Shown here one piece after another: positions 40,045 to 53,550 of a stretch of DNA of 64,000 nucleotides. A program made the position numbers and the translations under genes. Source of the stretch: Eledone cirrhosa (Eukaryota); the NCBI GenBank assembly GCA_964016885.1, contig OZ024743.1, positions 213,590,001 to 213,654,000 of the forward strand. The letters are read 5' to 3'. Positions within the stretch are counted from its first letter, which is position 1. Each line of letters opens with the position of its first letter. The notes beneath the pieces are model-generated. The model saw only the letters and a list, made by a program, of their open reading frames with translations, made no database searches and was not told the DNA's origin.

Positions 40045-40412
40045 GCCCAGGTTACTGATGATCTATTCTGCAACAGTTCTAGTCCAGTAGAAGCCATTTA
40101 TATTCTAAACTTGATGTTTACACTCCACTAATGTATTGAGTACCTTAGTAACTGTGGTAACCCCCGATAAAACCCGGAACTCTCTCTCTCTCACACGAAC
40201 ACACACGCACACATACATGCATATATATACAAACACACATACATACGTACTTATATATATATTGTTATACTTTGGGAGGGTCATCTTGCCAATAAGAAAC
40301 ACACGCACCAGTTGCTTTCACTTCAATGTATTATAATAAATTTATCAATTTAGGAATTTATAAATTTCTGGTTGGTTGGTTGGTTCCACAACCAGATAGT
40401 TGTTTATGTATT

Positions 40413-40455
40413 GTCAAAGTTCTTTCCTCACACATTCTGTGACCTCTTCAGTGAC
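40413..40455 (-). ncRNA. Minimal hammerhead-like motif (mirror copy)
   Basis: Reverse complement of 45267-45309. Confidence 0.55.
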
Positions 40456-40649
40456 TGGGGATTCTTTTCTTTGTTTTTGTGCCTCTCCTTTGTTCTGTCC
40501 TAGGCCATTTTGTTTCTGTGTGTGTGTTGTGTGCTCAGTCTGCGCATGCGCCACATCCGGGTGTCTGTGTGTGTTTATATTCGTTTATTTATTTGTTTAT
40601 TTACATGTTACCGGTTGGTTGTTTGTTCTATGTGCGTGTGTGTTTTCAT

Positions 40650-42062
40650 TTTGTCCTTAATTGTAAGTTGTGATGTTGCTGTTGCACTCATATTTTCTAT
40701 TTAATTTTGGTTGTAATTCTTTTATGTTTATTGCCTCTGTGATTTGTCTAAACATTGCGTCTTTTCTGTGTGTAGATTCTATTTTTATTTCTATGTTCTC
40801 TAATTTACCCTTATGGTCTATTTTAGCATGTTGGTAGAGTACAGATTATTCTTTACTATCTTGAAGGTCTCGCCAGTGTTCATTTATCCGTTCCCCTACA
40901 CTACGAGCTGTCTCAACTATGTACACTATATTTTTGTCTGTACATTGTCCTTCAGTACATCTTATGCTATATACTACATTTCTAGTTTTACAGTTAATAT
41001 GAGGGCTTATTTTACAGGTTATACATTTCTTATCTATACAGGGGGGTCTTTGAAAAGGGTATGTCTTGCTAATAAGTGTTTTTACGGAGGTACCTGGTCT
41101 TTCTACTATCTTAATATTGAGTTTATGTTTATCTAGGGCCCTTCTAAATTTGTAAGCTAATTCACCTCTAGGGGTTGTATCGATGAACATTACACTCTGG
41201 TATTTATTGCTATCATACCATGAGTTTATTCTATTAGCCTTATTCCTAGTTCTTTCTATTCTATTCCAAAATTTGCTCCTATACAAGAGGCAGGTCCCAT
41301 TTGTGTCATTATTTACCATTTTTTCCCATTTGGTTCTGGCTCCTCTATACACTCTGATTTTATCTCTCTGATTGTAACCAGAGAACTGCATACAGTGGAT
41401 GAAGTGTTGTATCTGTCTCTCTAGTTCTTCGGGGTTGCACATGCGGGACACGTTTCTCATCACCCGTACCAAATCCGCAATCAGTATGTTGATTTTGGTA
41501 TGGTCCGAAACAGCTGAGTTTCGGTGGATCAGATGTTTGGAAGTCATGGGTTTGGCATAATGGGAATGGAGGATTTGTTTTTTGTTATTAATGGTATCTA
41601 ACCAGAGCTCTGTGTCTAGTACAGGTACTCGATAGTTGGGGTGTTTACTTGGGTAGTCTATAGTAACTCTAATACTCTGGTGGATGGAGTTAGCTATTTG
41701 CTGGATGCTTTCCATTGTGTTATTCTCTAGTTCCTGACTGTTCTCTAGTGAGGGTGTCTTAACTACCATGTTTATATCATCAACGTAGCGGGAGTACATT
41801 ATCAGGGTTAAGGGGTCTTCTAATTGTTTTTAAGTTTAAGTTTAAGATAACTGTCCCACCATACCATGAATAAGGTAGCTATGTCGCCTGCAAAGCTAAC
41901 ATCAATGGCTGCTCCTTCCTCTTGGGCATATGTTTTTCCATTAAATTTGAACATATGTTCTTAAGGGTTACTTTTATGCTGGCCCCTACCGCATGTGCAA
42001 TCATTTTCATCAGTTCATCGTGGTTTTCGGGTGTCCGTATGGCTCTGGTCCACCCGTTCCAT
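40650..42062 (-). pseudogene. Inverted PLE RT C-terminus + GIY-YIG
   Basis: YSRYVDD..PCIDKKCITC..CKTRNVVYSIRC..YIVETARSVGERINEH. Confidence 0.88.
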
Positions 42063-45000
42063 TCAAGAAGGTAAATTTGATTAGTTGTCTGTCAGAAATA
42101 AAAAATTCATTTACAAAATTACGTTGGAGCCTCAAAAACAAAAACAAAAACAAAAGTAACAACATACGCACACACATATACAACACACATCCCAACAACA
42201 ACAGATACACAGACACAAACAACAATAACAACAACACACACACCAACAATAATAACATACTCAGAAACAACAACAACAGACACGCAGACACAAACAATAA
42301 CAACACACACACCAATAATAACATACACGCAGACAACAACAACAACACACATCAACAACAGCACACATCAACAACAACAACACTAACACATTCAATGCCT
42401 CTCACCACCACCACAATCTTAACAAACACAGACACAGAAACAAGTAATGACAGTAGCACAGAAATCACAGAAATAAGGGAAAGTAATAGGATTAAAAGGA
42501 GAAGGGAGACTTTGGACAAAGAAAATAACCAAGACGAACACACAGACACACAAAATAGAGTAGATAATAACAATGAGCCAGTGGAAAGAGACAGGAGTAA
42601 TAATGAGAGACATAGAAACAACCATGAGGCTGTTGGTGGAAATAGAAATAGAAACAACACAACTAACAATAACAATAGCACTAGTACACATAAATCAGCA
42701 GCCTGGAACTCTACATTTTATAATCCCTCCAATAACTCGTTCGACCTGCGACGAGTCCACGCCACGACTTTAGCTTTTAATAAACGCACGCAATTGCCGT
42801 CGCAGGTCGATGAACAAACAGAAGCACAATTTAGTATAGCTAGATCCAAACTTAGAAATATTATAGAACAGTATAGCAAGAAGCATAATAGAATGGAGGC
42901 CCAGCAACTGGGAGAAAAATCTGCAAATGGCTTGCGTAAGCTCATGCAGCGCTCGCGTAATGGAGAGATAGCATGCTTTCCAACAGACACGTCTGGCAGA
43001 ATGTCAGTTGACAGCCTGCTAAATTACATCCAGGCAATGCAACCACACATCACTAACACAAGAGAGGTAACACCACAGGAGCATGAGGATAGAGAAAAAG
43101 CCCTCAATGCCCATATGGTGATGTGGACGAATATAATGCAGCCCAACAAAAGGACTGCCAACAATGACGTGCCGGCGTTGTATAGGGTTCGAAAAGACCA
43201 TAAAACGGGCAGTGACCCTGTCACGGGACCAGCAACACGGCCAGTCTGTGGAGCTAACATTTCTAGTAACTACAGACTGTCCTACTTCCTCTCCTTGATC
43301 ATACGCCCCATCATTGAAATGTCCCCAGATGTATGTGACAGCACAGAGGACCTCCTCAGCAGAATCGGCGAGAGTAACCGATCTAGGGACCTAACAAACT
43401 ACATAATAGGTAGTATGGATGTTGTGTCCCTGTATCCACCTATTGACGTGGATTTTGCTGTGGAGAAATGCGTAGAAATGATCAGCGAGAGCAATGTTGA
43501 GTTCCGTGGGATTGATACCAGTGAGCTGGGACACCTACTTAAACTTACCTATAGTAATTACCTAGACACATATGACCTTAGCAACCTGTGCCCTACAAGA
43601 CCAGCAAGAGGCAGACCACCTACCATTACCTCAATGGCCAAGAAAACCCACACAGATAGATGGAACTGGTGGACCATAGCCATACGGACACCCGAAAACC
43701 ACGATGAACTGAAGAAAATGATTGCACATGCGGTAGGGGCCAGCATAAATCTAACCCTTAAGGAACATATGTTCAAATATAATGGAAAAACATATGCCCA
43801 AGAGGAAGGACCAGACATTGGTCTTAGCATTGCAGGCGACATAGCAAACTTATTCATGGTATGGTGGGACAGTAGACTTAAACTTAAACTTAAAGAACAA
43901 TTAGAAGACCCCTTAACCCTGATAATGTACTCCCGCTACGTTGATGATATAAACATGGTAGTTAAGACACCCCCACTAGAGAACAGTCAGGAACTAGAAA
44001 ATAACACAATGGAAAGCATCCAGCAAATAGCTAACTCCATCCACCAAAGTATTAGAGTTACTATAGACTACCCAAGTAAACACCCCAACCATCGAGTACC
44101 TGTACTAGACACAGAGCTCTGGTTAGATACCATTAATAACAAAAAACAAATCCTCCATTCCCATTATGCCAAACCCATGACTTCCAAACATCTGATCCAC
44201 GGAAACTCAGCTGTTTCGGACCATACCAAAATCCACATATTGATTGCGGATTTGGTACGGGTGATGAGAAACGTGTCCCGCATGTGCAACCCCGAAGAAC
44301 TAGAGAGACACATACAACACTTCATCCACCGTATGCAGTTCTCAGGTTACAATCAGAGAGATAAAATCAGAGTGTATAGAGGAGCCAGAACCAAATGGGA
44401 AAAAATGGTAAATAATGACACAAATAGGACCTGCCCCTTGTATAGGAACAAATTTTGGAATAGAATAGAAAGAACTAGGAATAAGGCTAGTAGAATAAAC
44501 TCATGGTATGATAGCAATAAATACCAGAGTGTAATGTTCATCGATACAACCCCTAGAGGTGAATTAGCTTACAAATTTAGAAGGGACCTAGATAAACATA
44601 AACTCAATATTAAGATAGTAGAAAGACCAGGTACCTCCGTAAAAACACTTATTAGCAAGACATACCCTTTTCAAAGACCCCCCCTGTATAGATAAGAAAT
44701 GTATAACCTGTAAAATAAGCCCCCATATTAACTGTAAAACTAGAAATGTAGTATATAGCATAAGATGTACTGAAGGATAATGTAGAGACAAAAATATAGT
44801 GTACATAGGTGAGACAGCTCGTAGTATAGGGGAACGGATAAATGAACACTGGCGAGACCTTCAAGATAGTAAAGAATAATCTGTACTCTACCAACATGCT
44901 AAAATAGAACATAAGGGTAAATTAGAGAACATAGAAATAAAAATAGAATCTACACACAGAAAAGACGCAATGTTTAGACAAATCACAGAGGCAAGAAATA

Positions 45001-45068
45001 TAAAAGAATTACAACCAAAATTAAATAGAAAATATGAGTGGAACAGCAACATCACAACTTACAATTAA
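42063..45068 (+). pseudogene. PLE RT + GIY-YIG polyprotein, with frameshift at ~44680 and stops in EN
   Basis: PTDTSGR, ALYRVRKDHK, TRPVC, GSMDVVSLYP, YAQEEG..IGL, YSRYVDD, PVLD, HYAKPM; EN motifs continue in a shifted frame. Confidence 0.9.
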
Positions 45069-45266
45069 GGAAAAATGAAAACACACACGCACATAGAACA
45101 AACAACCAACCGGTAACATGTAAATAAACAAATAAATAAACGAATATAAACACACACAGACACCCGGATGTGGCGCATGCGCAAACTAAGCGCACAACAC
45201 ATACACAAACAAGATGGCGTAGGACAGAACAAAGGAGAGGCACAAAAACAAAGAAAAGAATCTCCA

Positions 45267-45309
45267 GTCACTGAAGAGGTCACAGAATGTGTGAGGAAAG
45301 AACTTTGAC
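45267..45309 (+). ncRNA. Minimal type I hammerhead-like motif
   Basis: gtca-CTGAAGA-gg-tcaca gaatg tgtga-g-GAAA-gaac-TT-tgac. Confidence 0.6.
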
Positions 45310-45517
45310 AATATATAAACAACTATCTGGTTGTGAAACCAACCAACCAACCAGAAATTTATAAATTCCTACATTTATAAATTTATTATAATAAATTGAA
45401 GTGAAAGCAACTGGTGCGTGTGTTTCTTATTGGCAGCATGACCCTCCCAAAGTATAACAATATCGGTTTCAACACACGTTTTCAGATAAAGAATCTTGCT
45501 AAACAAATTCAGAAACG

Positions 45518-45563
<46 letters not shown>

Positions 45564-45597
45564 AGATTTGAATGGATACAGTTTAGTTGAAAGGAAT

Positions 45598-45714
45598 TTA
45601 TTGACACGTGTTTCTATAACAGTTACATAACCTAAAACAGCTATCTACAAACTTTTAGTTATGCAGACATTCAATATTTCAATGTTATTATTTACTGTCA
45701 TTTCATCAGAATAA
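45598..45714 (-). ncRNA. Type I hammerhead with ~90-nt stem II domain
   Basis: On minus strand: ttatt-CTGATGA-a-atgacagt..gcataac/gttatgt..actgttat-a-GAAA-cacgtg-TC-aataa. Confidence 0.8.
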
Positions 45715-46308
45715 TATTACTGAGGACCTATTTAGTTTTTATAGAGAATATTAGGAGGGAGGGGTGAAGTTGTTAGAAGAATAGTTGAAGGAGTGGTTTT
45801 TCGATAGCAGTGAGAATTCTTGGTGGCAGTGAGTAATTAGATTCCCATCTGTTGTTTTGACATTTTTTATAGAATATATTATTGGTTATTTTTCTAAATC
45901 TATAGAAGGATTAGAGATAGTAAAGTTATGCGTGGTTGGTTTTGTGTTTGCACTTAATTAACATTCAGACTTAAATTTTTCTTTCAAGTGTACGTATCCT
46001 TTCACCCACGCATTCACACACAAATATATTTGCACACCTCTACAAAATACATATACTCACAATTCACATATTTATACTTACATATATATACACATGCATA
46101 CACATATATATACACACATGTATTCATGTACATACATACGCGCTCATGTGTATACATTTTCATACTCAACTTATCTTTATATACACACGTATAGACACAC
46201 ACATATATACATACATACTCTAGTCCATGTGTACACACATACACATACATACACATCCATATACACATATATACATACATATACATATAAATATATATAC
46301 ACACATAC

Positions 46309-46357
<49 letters not shown>

Positions 46358-46662
46358 TACACATACACACACATACACATATATATATATATAAGCACTT
46401 TAATACATGAATACACTTACATCTAACTATACACATCAAACATATATATATATTTACTTATTTATATACATTTTCACATATATATACATACTTATGGACG
46501 TTGTTAGACACATTCATTATCGCATATTTGTACCTATTCTCATCAGCATATCTTTTCATTATTAGTATGGTAATTTAAGGTTATTAATATATGTTGAGAA
46601 GAGATTGTTTTTATATTTTTCTAACTAGATTAAGGTTTATATAGTTGGGGGATGTCCCTCTT

Positions 46663-47597
46663 TTATGTAATATTCGGCTTGTAGTGGGAAAAAAGGGTTT
46701 TAGTTCTGTGACGGCAGAATAATGTTCGTTCAATTCTGTTATTCAGCAGTTTCTTCTTGTGTGTGATTATGTAATAAATCTCAAGATTACACAATTTGCA
46801 GAAATTTTGGCTCCTGGAAAAGCTTTGGGTTTTAGCTAATTTTTCCCATTTTAGGGTAAACTTTTGATCGCTATCCCTGAGCGTCCAAGCTTTTTCTGCT
46901 AAAGTTGTTACATTTCTTTGGCTCTGGTGTTTTATTGAGTAAGAATGCCTATACAATCGAGATTTAAAAGATGTTGCCGTTGATCCCACGTAATACCACT
47001 CGTTGCCTCCGGATTTAATGGTACACTTATAAATAATATTTTTTTCCAGGCAGTTATTGCCGAGGGGGCAGTTGTCAGGATAGGTGCAGTTACAGTTGTG
47101 TACGTTGGGTTTTCTCTGGAGTAGTATTGCGGACGAACTTAGGTGTGGTTTATTTATGTTCTGTAGTGTATTGTCTACTGTTTTTTTTTGTGTTCTTTGT
47201 ACTTAAGTTCTTAGTGTTTTCGTTTAACCTTCTAGTATTGATCTTTTTTATGTGTTGTTCAAGGTTTAACGCTGTAGAGTATGACAGTCTTATAGTGGTA
47301 GGGTTTAGGATTTTGTGGTATTTGTGTGATGTGGGAAAATGTCTTTTAATTATTTTAAAGAAGAGTACTGGTAAATTTGTACTAATGGAGCTATTGTATT
47401 CGGGGTTATACCATAAGTACTCTTTGCATCGCTTTCTATTAGTTTTGTTTGTTGGTTTACTGGTGTGCATACTACGGTAGTAAGTGTGGTTTGGTGTTGT
47501 GTTATTATATCTACCTATGTGGGATGTATTTTGGGTGTTTTGATTGTTCCCATCTATGTACTCTATTTTGTTGAGGTAGCCTGCTTTACTAAGGGCG

Positions 47598-47599
<2 letters not shown>
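46663..47599 (-). pseudogene. PLE linker + GIY-YIG remnant
   Basis: WYNPEYNSSISTNL, HFPTSHKYHKILN..RLSYS, CNCTYPDNCPL, YVGSTATSFKSR, CKLCNLE, LLNNR..CRHR. Confidence 0.85.
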
Positions 47600-47637
<38 letters not shown>

Positions 47638-47959
47638 ATGTACGTATGTATTTATACACACGTACAGTGTTAGTGAATAATGTTACTGGTTTCTTTTGTT
47701 TAAGAAAACGTTACAAAACATAATTCACTTTAACAAATTAGGTTCTCATATTGTCACTTTTGTCAAATTTAAAATGCGAATTAGTATTTGAAACTATTGT
47801 CTTCAACAGTCGAAACCGTTAAAAATATTTGATAAAACTTAATTTCTATTGGTGTACCAAAGATATAAATATTTACTTTAGTTGATGAACAAGAAGTGGG
47901 TTGTTCGTAAATACACTTTGAGCATTTGTACATATAATTTTAAATATGAAATATTAAAG

Positions 47960-48810
47960 ATGTGCCTCCTCCGGCAGGATTTAAAAAATACAAAATACTT
48001 ATACACAGACACACACACTAACTCCTACAAACCCCATATACCCCCCCCCCCGACACACACACGCACACTCGGAACCGTGTCATCACTTATACATACACAT
48101 CGACAACCATCCAGAAAGGTAGAAAAAAACAAACACTTACACCATTTTCGCACACACGCAACCATACATTTCACATGAACCCATATCATCCTCTCTTCCC
48201 CACAAAACACACACACACGTGCCCGTCCTCACATACACCCACACAGCCTCCGGATTCCGCACGATCTCCCCCACTCCATCTGACCCCTTTCCATTCACAC
48301 GCACACACACACACACAGACTTACAATCCACTCCAACATACACAATGGTTTATCAAAACCCACAAGCACGTATTCCCACTCCTCCGGACTCTCACACTTA
48401 CATCCACGCATACACACACACACGTACATCTACACACACATCTCTCCTTCCGCGATCCCCGCTCGGACTTTTTTCCTTCATCCTCTCTCTTCTTCTCCAT
48501 CCACCCCTCACGCACTACCACACTCGTGCCCTCCCCGACCTCTACATTCCTCATCTTTTTTACAACTTTTATTTTAACTTTTATTTTCCACTTCATATTT
48601 TATCTTTTTTCCGCTAACTCTCCTCTCACTCCTTCTCAGAGTCCCCCCCTTCACTGTACTGATGAAGGGCTTATGCCCGAAACGTCGCACCCAGACCTCC
48701 ACTCACACACACACACATATATATATATATATAATCTGTTATTTTAATAAATATTTGCTCCAGGGTTCTTATATATTTGATATATATTTATCCTTGTCGA
48801 GCCCTCTTTG
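47960..48810 (+). mobile_element. PLE 3'-UTR/pLTR remnant related to the 1545-4836 element
   Basis: CA/CT-rich UTR, same HHR stem II sequence, AATAAA at ~48745. Confidence 0.7.
48655..48689 (+). ncRNA. Minimal type I hammerhead
   Basis: CTGATGA-a-gggc ttat gccc-GAAA-cg-TC. Confidence 0.75.
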
Positions 48811-48844
48811 GATTTTAATATTCAAATTTATTATTATTACTATG

Positions 48845-49452
48845 TCAGGTCACCAGTTGGTGCTACTGGTAACATGTATCCCTGTACAACCTGTCTCATG
48901 GTCGGGTCGTTGGCGACTAAACTGGCAACCCCACCAAGGTTTCTTGGTGAGGAGGGTGACTTTGGACATCCTGCAGGACTAAAAACAAAACCTGTCAAAG
49001 GGCAAAGGAGCTCTTAAGAGTCAATGGCCATCCAAAATCACCGGGAGAGATGACCCCTTAACCTTTGTCAAGGCAGAATTCTAGGAGAAGGAAAACTCTG
49101 ATATAACACCTGCAACCCTAATGGTATCCAATGATGTTGACTTGTTTTTCTTTTTGGTAAATATCATCTTGGTTAAGAGAGTGGGACTGGCTTTGTGTAG
49201 TGCCTTTGCACTATAAAAGCTTCACGGCACAGGCATTGCTTTATATCTGGAGATCTCTCTGCACTTGTCGACACATGGTACCATAGGCCTAGCACTATGT
49301 GTCAGCACTATTTGTCACAAGTGTAGTGTTTGTACCAGAGTTTTCAAGTCGTTGGCTGGACTAAAAAGTCACACTCGTTCAGCGCATCGGTAGGGGTTCT
49401 CCTACATGGATATAAAGTAGTGGCCGTACTCGAAAACGAGTTTTGGCAGCCA
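48845..49452 (+). mobile_element. Probable non-LTR retroelement 5'-UTR-like fragment
   Basis: GC step relative to the flanks; ctaggagaaggaaaactctga is recalled from RTE-like 5' UTRs; unverified. Confidence 0.3.
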
Positions 49453-49512
<60 letters not shown>

Positions 49513-49917
49513 GTTTACATATATATAAGGTTATAGATATATATGTTGCAACCGGTCAGTTTTAAGCTCTATGAAGAATTAATAAATTAAATAATCAGAG
49601 CAATATATCATAAATCATGTCTTTAGAATTATTAGATAAAATATATCCCGTTTCTTCTTCCAATTAGCATAATTAACCATATAAAAAATCAATTAGACCA
49701 AGCTATAAGAAGAAAAGCTCTTATGAAGAAATCTTCGACAAATAACCGAAAGTGGCCTCTTCGCGGTGGCCCCAATATAGTATATTTATCCAACATTTCG
49801 ACAGCATGTAGAAACTGACTAAATATATCATCAACCATTTTTTATATGGTTAATTATGCTAATTGGAAGAAGAAACGGTATATATTTTATCTAATAATTC
49901 TAAAGACATGATTTATG

Positions 49918-49948
<31 letters not shown>

Positions 49949-50999
49949 CATAGATATATTCTCACGTCGGGATTCTTTTACTGTATATCAAACTCCATTT
50001 TATAAGACTCATTTAATTATATATAGAATAACACTTAATGCACGTAATACCTCATACATAATTATCAACGTGGAAACCACACGTTATCAGAAAACTTTTA
50101 AATACTTTTACTACTTAATATCATAGACATAAACAAATCCAAATGTAGTCCATAAAAAAAGCGTTTCCAGAAATTAAAATAAATATATATATGTTCCTTC
50201 ACTTTTTTTCCCCTCCCTCATATTTATGTTCTTGTAGAATTCAGCCTTGCGTGATTAATAGTACACAAATAAATGACAGCAATTATCGTACATAGGAAAC
50301 TGCATCCTAAACATTACAATTAAAACGAATAATTTAATTGGTTGTCCTTCATTATATGTAAAGATACACTGTGATAACGAACTATATTTATTTATTTTTA
50401 CTTATAACATGACTTGCACGTCACCTCCATTTTAGAAACAATTCGAATCGCACTCCTAATCCATCATAATTTACACTGATTTATTCAATCATAAATAATC
50501 GAGTCTAAAACATTCAACGTCTAAAATGTGAAACCCGCACCTGTTATCTACTTACTGTATATTTTAAAACACAAACTCTTTTCTGGAATCAATTTCTTAA
50601 ACATATTTGATCCATGTCAGTTAATATATTTTATTTTTAGTCAACAATATTAAAATGTCCTCTTAGTATGATGTAAGTTAGAATCTTATCAGTATCGAAT
50701 GTATTAGAAATAATGATGTTTTTGTTTCATATTATTACTGAAACAAATGTACCACAACGTTCTGATTGTGTATGTAAATGTTTCTGGTCATAATACGTGC
50801 TTAGAGGTTTTAACACATACAAATAATTGTTCGAATATAAATATATTTATTTATTTACATTCAAATAAATATTTGTATGTGTTAAAGTCTGTTTCACAAC
50901 TACTTCCGCGTTTCAGATTCCTTCAATTTTATGAACATATTTATTATGTTTCTTTGCCTTTTCATTATACCGTTGAAAAAGTAATATGTACAGAAATGT

Positions 51000-51188
51000 G
51001 TGGTGGATTGGCAGAATCGGTAGAGGGTCGGACGTCATGCTTTGACGCATAGAGTTACGGCCCTTTCCATTCTGAGTTCAAATCCCGCCGAGGTCAACTT
51101 TGCCTTTCATCCTTACAGGGTCGATAAAATAAAGTACCAGTAATGTACTGGGTAATTGCTGGCCTTGTGCCAAAAGTATAAACAATTA
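51000..51188 (+). mobile_element. tRNA-derived SINE (octopus-type), best copy in the window
   Basis: A-box-like tggcagaatcgg, B-box-like gagttcaaatcc, body gccgaggtcaactttgcctttcatcc..ggggtcgataaaataaagtaccag; at least 7 related copies in the window. Confidence 0.82.
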
Positions 51189-51699
51189 TTAAGAAGAGTT
51201 GAAATTAATGCAAACAAGATTTCACAACCCTAGCATCAATACTTCAGACCCAGCCTATGAACTTATCAGCCGACCCTCTTATGTACATATTACTAGTAGT
51301 TTCCAAATTTGATATAGGAAAAATATTTTTTGTATGTATTTTAAATTTGAATAATTGATGTTCTTTGTTGAGTAACATAATTAATATATATTTTATGTGT
51401 ATAGATTAAAACTAATTATAGTATATAACTACTCTAAATTGTTTAAATTTGTAGAGTTGACATAATGGAACATGTCTGGAGCTATCTTTAGCACTTATTA
51501 TGACCAGTCCTGTAATATCAGCCTTTCGGTTAGACATCATATTGACACCATGTGCAGTTATATACCCTTCTTTCCTGGGCAGGTAACTAGTAAGTGTAAT
51601 GAAATATACTTAACGAAATAACTATTAATGCAGCAAACAATCAAAAAGGTTCTAGGTATTCCGTTATAAAGTGATTTGAAATGGGAAACCCACCTCAAA

Positions 51700-52700
51700 T
51701 ACTCACGAAAAAAAAAAATGAACTCAACATAGCGTATAAAGTTATCTAAAAACAGCACTGCCTGACATATTAACAATTGAGATTGTATAAAAATGTTCAG
51801 GTTTTGTATGGCAGTTGGATTTGAGAGGACACAAACACTAGCTATCGATAAATATCGTACTTAAATAGGTAAAGTTATTTTGGGCTATCTAACATCTACT
51901 CCAAAAATAACTATTGTTCATGAAGCATGCCGAACTGCTCCGTTTAAATATGAAAGAAAACAGCATGATCTTCGGCTCCCTCTATGGGTTGAGAAAATAC
52001 AATCATTGAAAATAGCGATTAAATACTCAAAAGAGGAAGCAAAGGAATTTCATGACAATATCACACAGTCAATCATTTTCAACAAATAGACTAGTTATAC
52101 AGATGAGGAGCATTTAAACAATGGAGCAGAGTTTGGAGCTACTTGTTTTGAAAATATTAATAGAGATATGAGACTAAGAATATATCAGAATTTTAAATTA
52201 TTTGATGCAGAGTGGTGTAAATATATTTCATCCGTAAATCCAGTTAACAAAAATGCAATGGGAAAGCAGTTTTCTATTTAATGATAGATTATCGAACCTA
52301 AAACTGTTTCCATAAAAAAGAGGGCTAGAGATATTGAGAGTACTCTGCTAAGAATAGATAGCTATCGTTCAGAAAATAATAAACAAATAACAATAATTTG
52401 AACACTAGTCAATAAAGAAATTAGAAGACACAAGAAAGCAGACGTATTATCATAGATATAGACTACAGTCCAAATATAGTGTAAATGAAATCATATAACA
52501 AAACTATAATTCGTGAAGAGTGTGAAAATATCTGCGAAGAATCTAGAGATTCGCCCTTCAATTTCAATCCACGAAAATCTCAGCCAGATCTGTCAACATT
52601 TAAAACATAAAAAAATGAACAATGTTACTAAACAAAGACTAAGCTTGCTTCGAACAGTGCCATATACTGTTGAACTATATTGTATCACGACCACGTCGTA
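51700..52700 (+). pseudogene. Decayed LINE fragment with RNase H-like motifs (I-group-like)
   Basis: Frame from ~52090 reads SYTDEEHLNNGAEFGAT..MRL..LFDAEW, reminiscent of YTDGS..G.G..RL..VF.AEL; many stops. Confidence 0.45.
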
Positions 52701-53280
52701 TTGAATTACAACTATGGTTTTGTTATTGACCAGAATCTATTTAGCATTATTTGTTACAATGCGGAAATTATCAGTCTGGAAGAGAGGACAGCTTGAAATC
52801 AATCTTTGATAACTCCCATGATCAGTGATACAATGTGTTGTCAAATATCTACCAACAATATACAAGATCTGTCAGTACATGAAGGCTATGAAAAGATTCA
52901 TAGATATAACACACATATTTAGCTGCTTTATAGTTACCCTGGCTTTTCAGTATTTTCATCTTATATACGCTTCTTATTCTTCTTGCTGGCCTTCCATTTT
53001 TCATCTCTCTATCTTGGATTTATCCTTAATTGTAAGAGGTACTACATATCTCCCCTAGCCGTCCATGGACAACTTGGTCTATACAGATTAAATAAATAAT
53101 TGTTAAAGCTCATTCTGTGACATTCTAAATAACTATTATAGATTCTCTGTGCTTCTGCTTTGTTACGAACTTGTTCCATTTACCCCATCTTGTCTACTTG
53201 ACGCTTGCAAAGTGTAACAATTTCTATTTCAAAACATGATTTCACTTCAAAACTCTTAATCAGACAAGGCTGTCTTGTCT

Positions 53281-53329
53281 GTTGATCCGACGAGTGCGCA
53301 TGTGAAACTCCAGAGTAACAACGGCGCAC
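53281..53329 (+). ncRNA. Hammerhead-like motif, CCGACGA core
   Basis: gttgat-CCGACGA-gtgcgcatgt-GAAA-ctc ca gag-TA-acaac-g-gcgcac. Confidence 0.5.
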
Positions 53330-53401
53330 CACTGAGGCATTAAATGAACAATTACATTCTCAGTCGCTTTTGAGTACGTTTTTCACGTCGGTCAATAATA
53401 C

Positions 53402-53462
<61 letters not shown>

Positions 53463-53550
53463 TTAAAATAAACACACAGTATATTATTGAATATAGAATA
53501 CGTACAAATACACACTGTATATTCAATAATATACTGTATGTTTTTTTAAA
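53463..53550. repeat. Short AT-rich inverted repeat
   Basis: acagtatattattgaatata / tatattcaataatatactgt. Confidence 0.8.

Larger units (their letters stand above)
40260..45515 (+). mobile_element. Fold-back PLE: inverted arm 40260-~42062 mirrors ~43668-45462
   Basis: Long reverse-complement identity including the RT/EN region and 3' UTR; HHR in each arm. Confidence 0.92.
45561..47599 (-). mobile_element. 5'-truncated PLE (Hydra-clade-like)
   Basis: EN remnants, CA-rich 3' UTR, terminal HHR, (TA)n at both ends. Confidence 0.85.

Noticed and set aside
51000-51090. tRNA gene
   Set aside because: A/B boxes only, no cloverleaf, and it continues into a multi-copy SINE body
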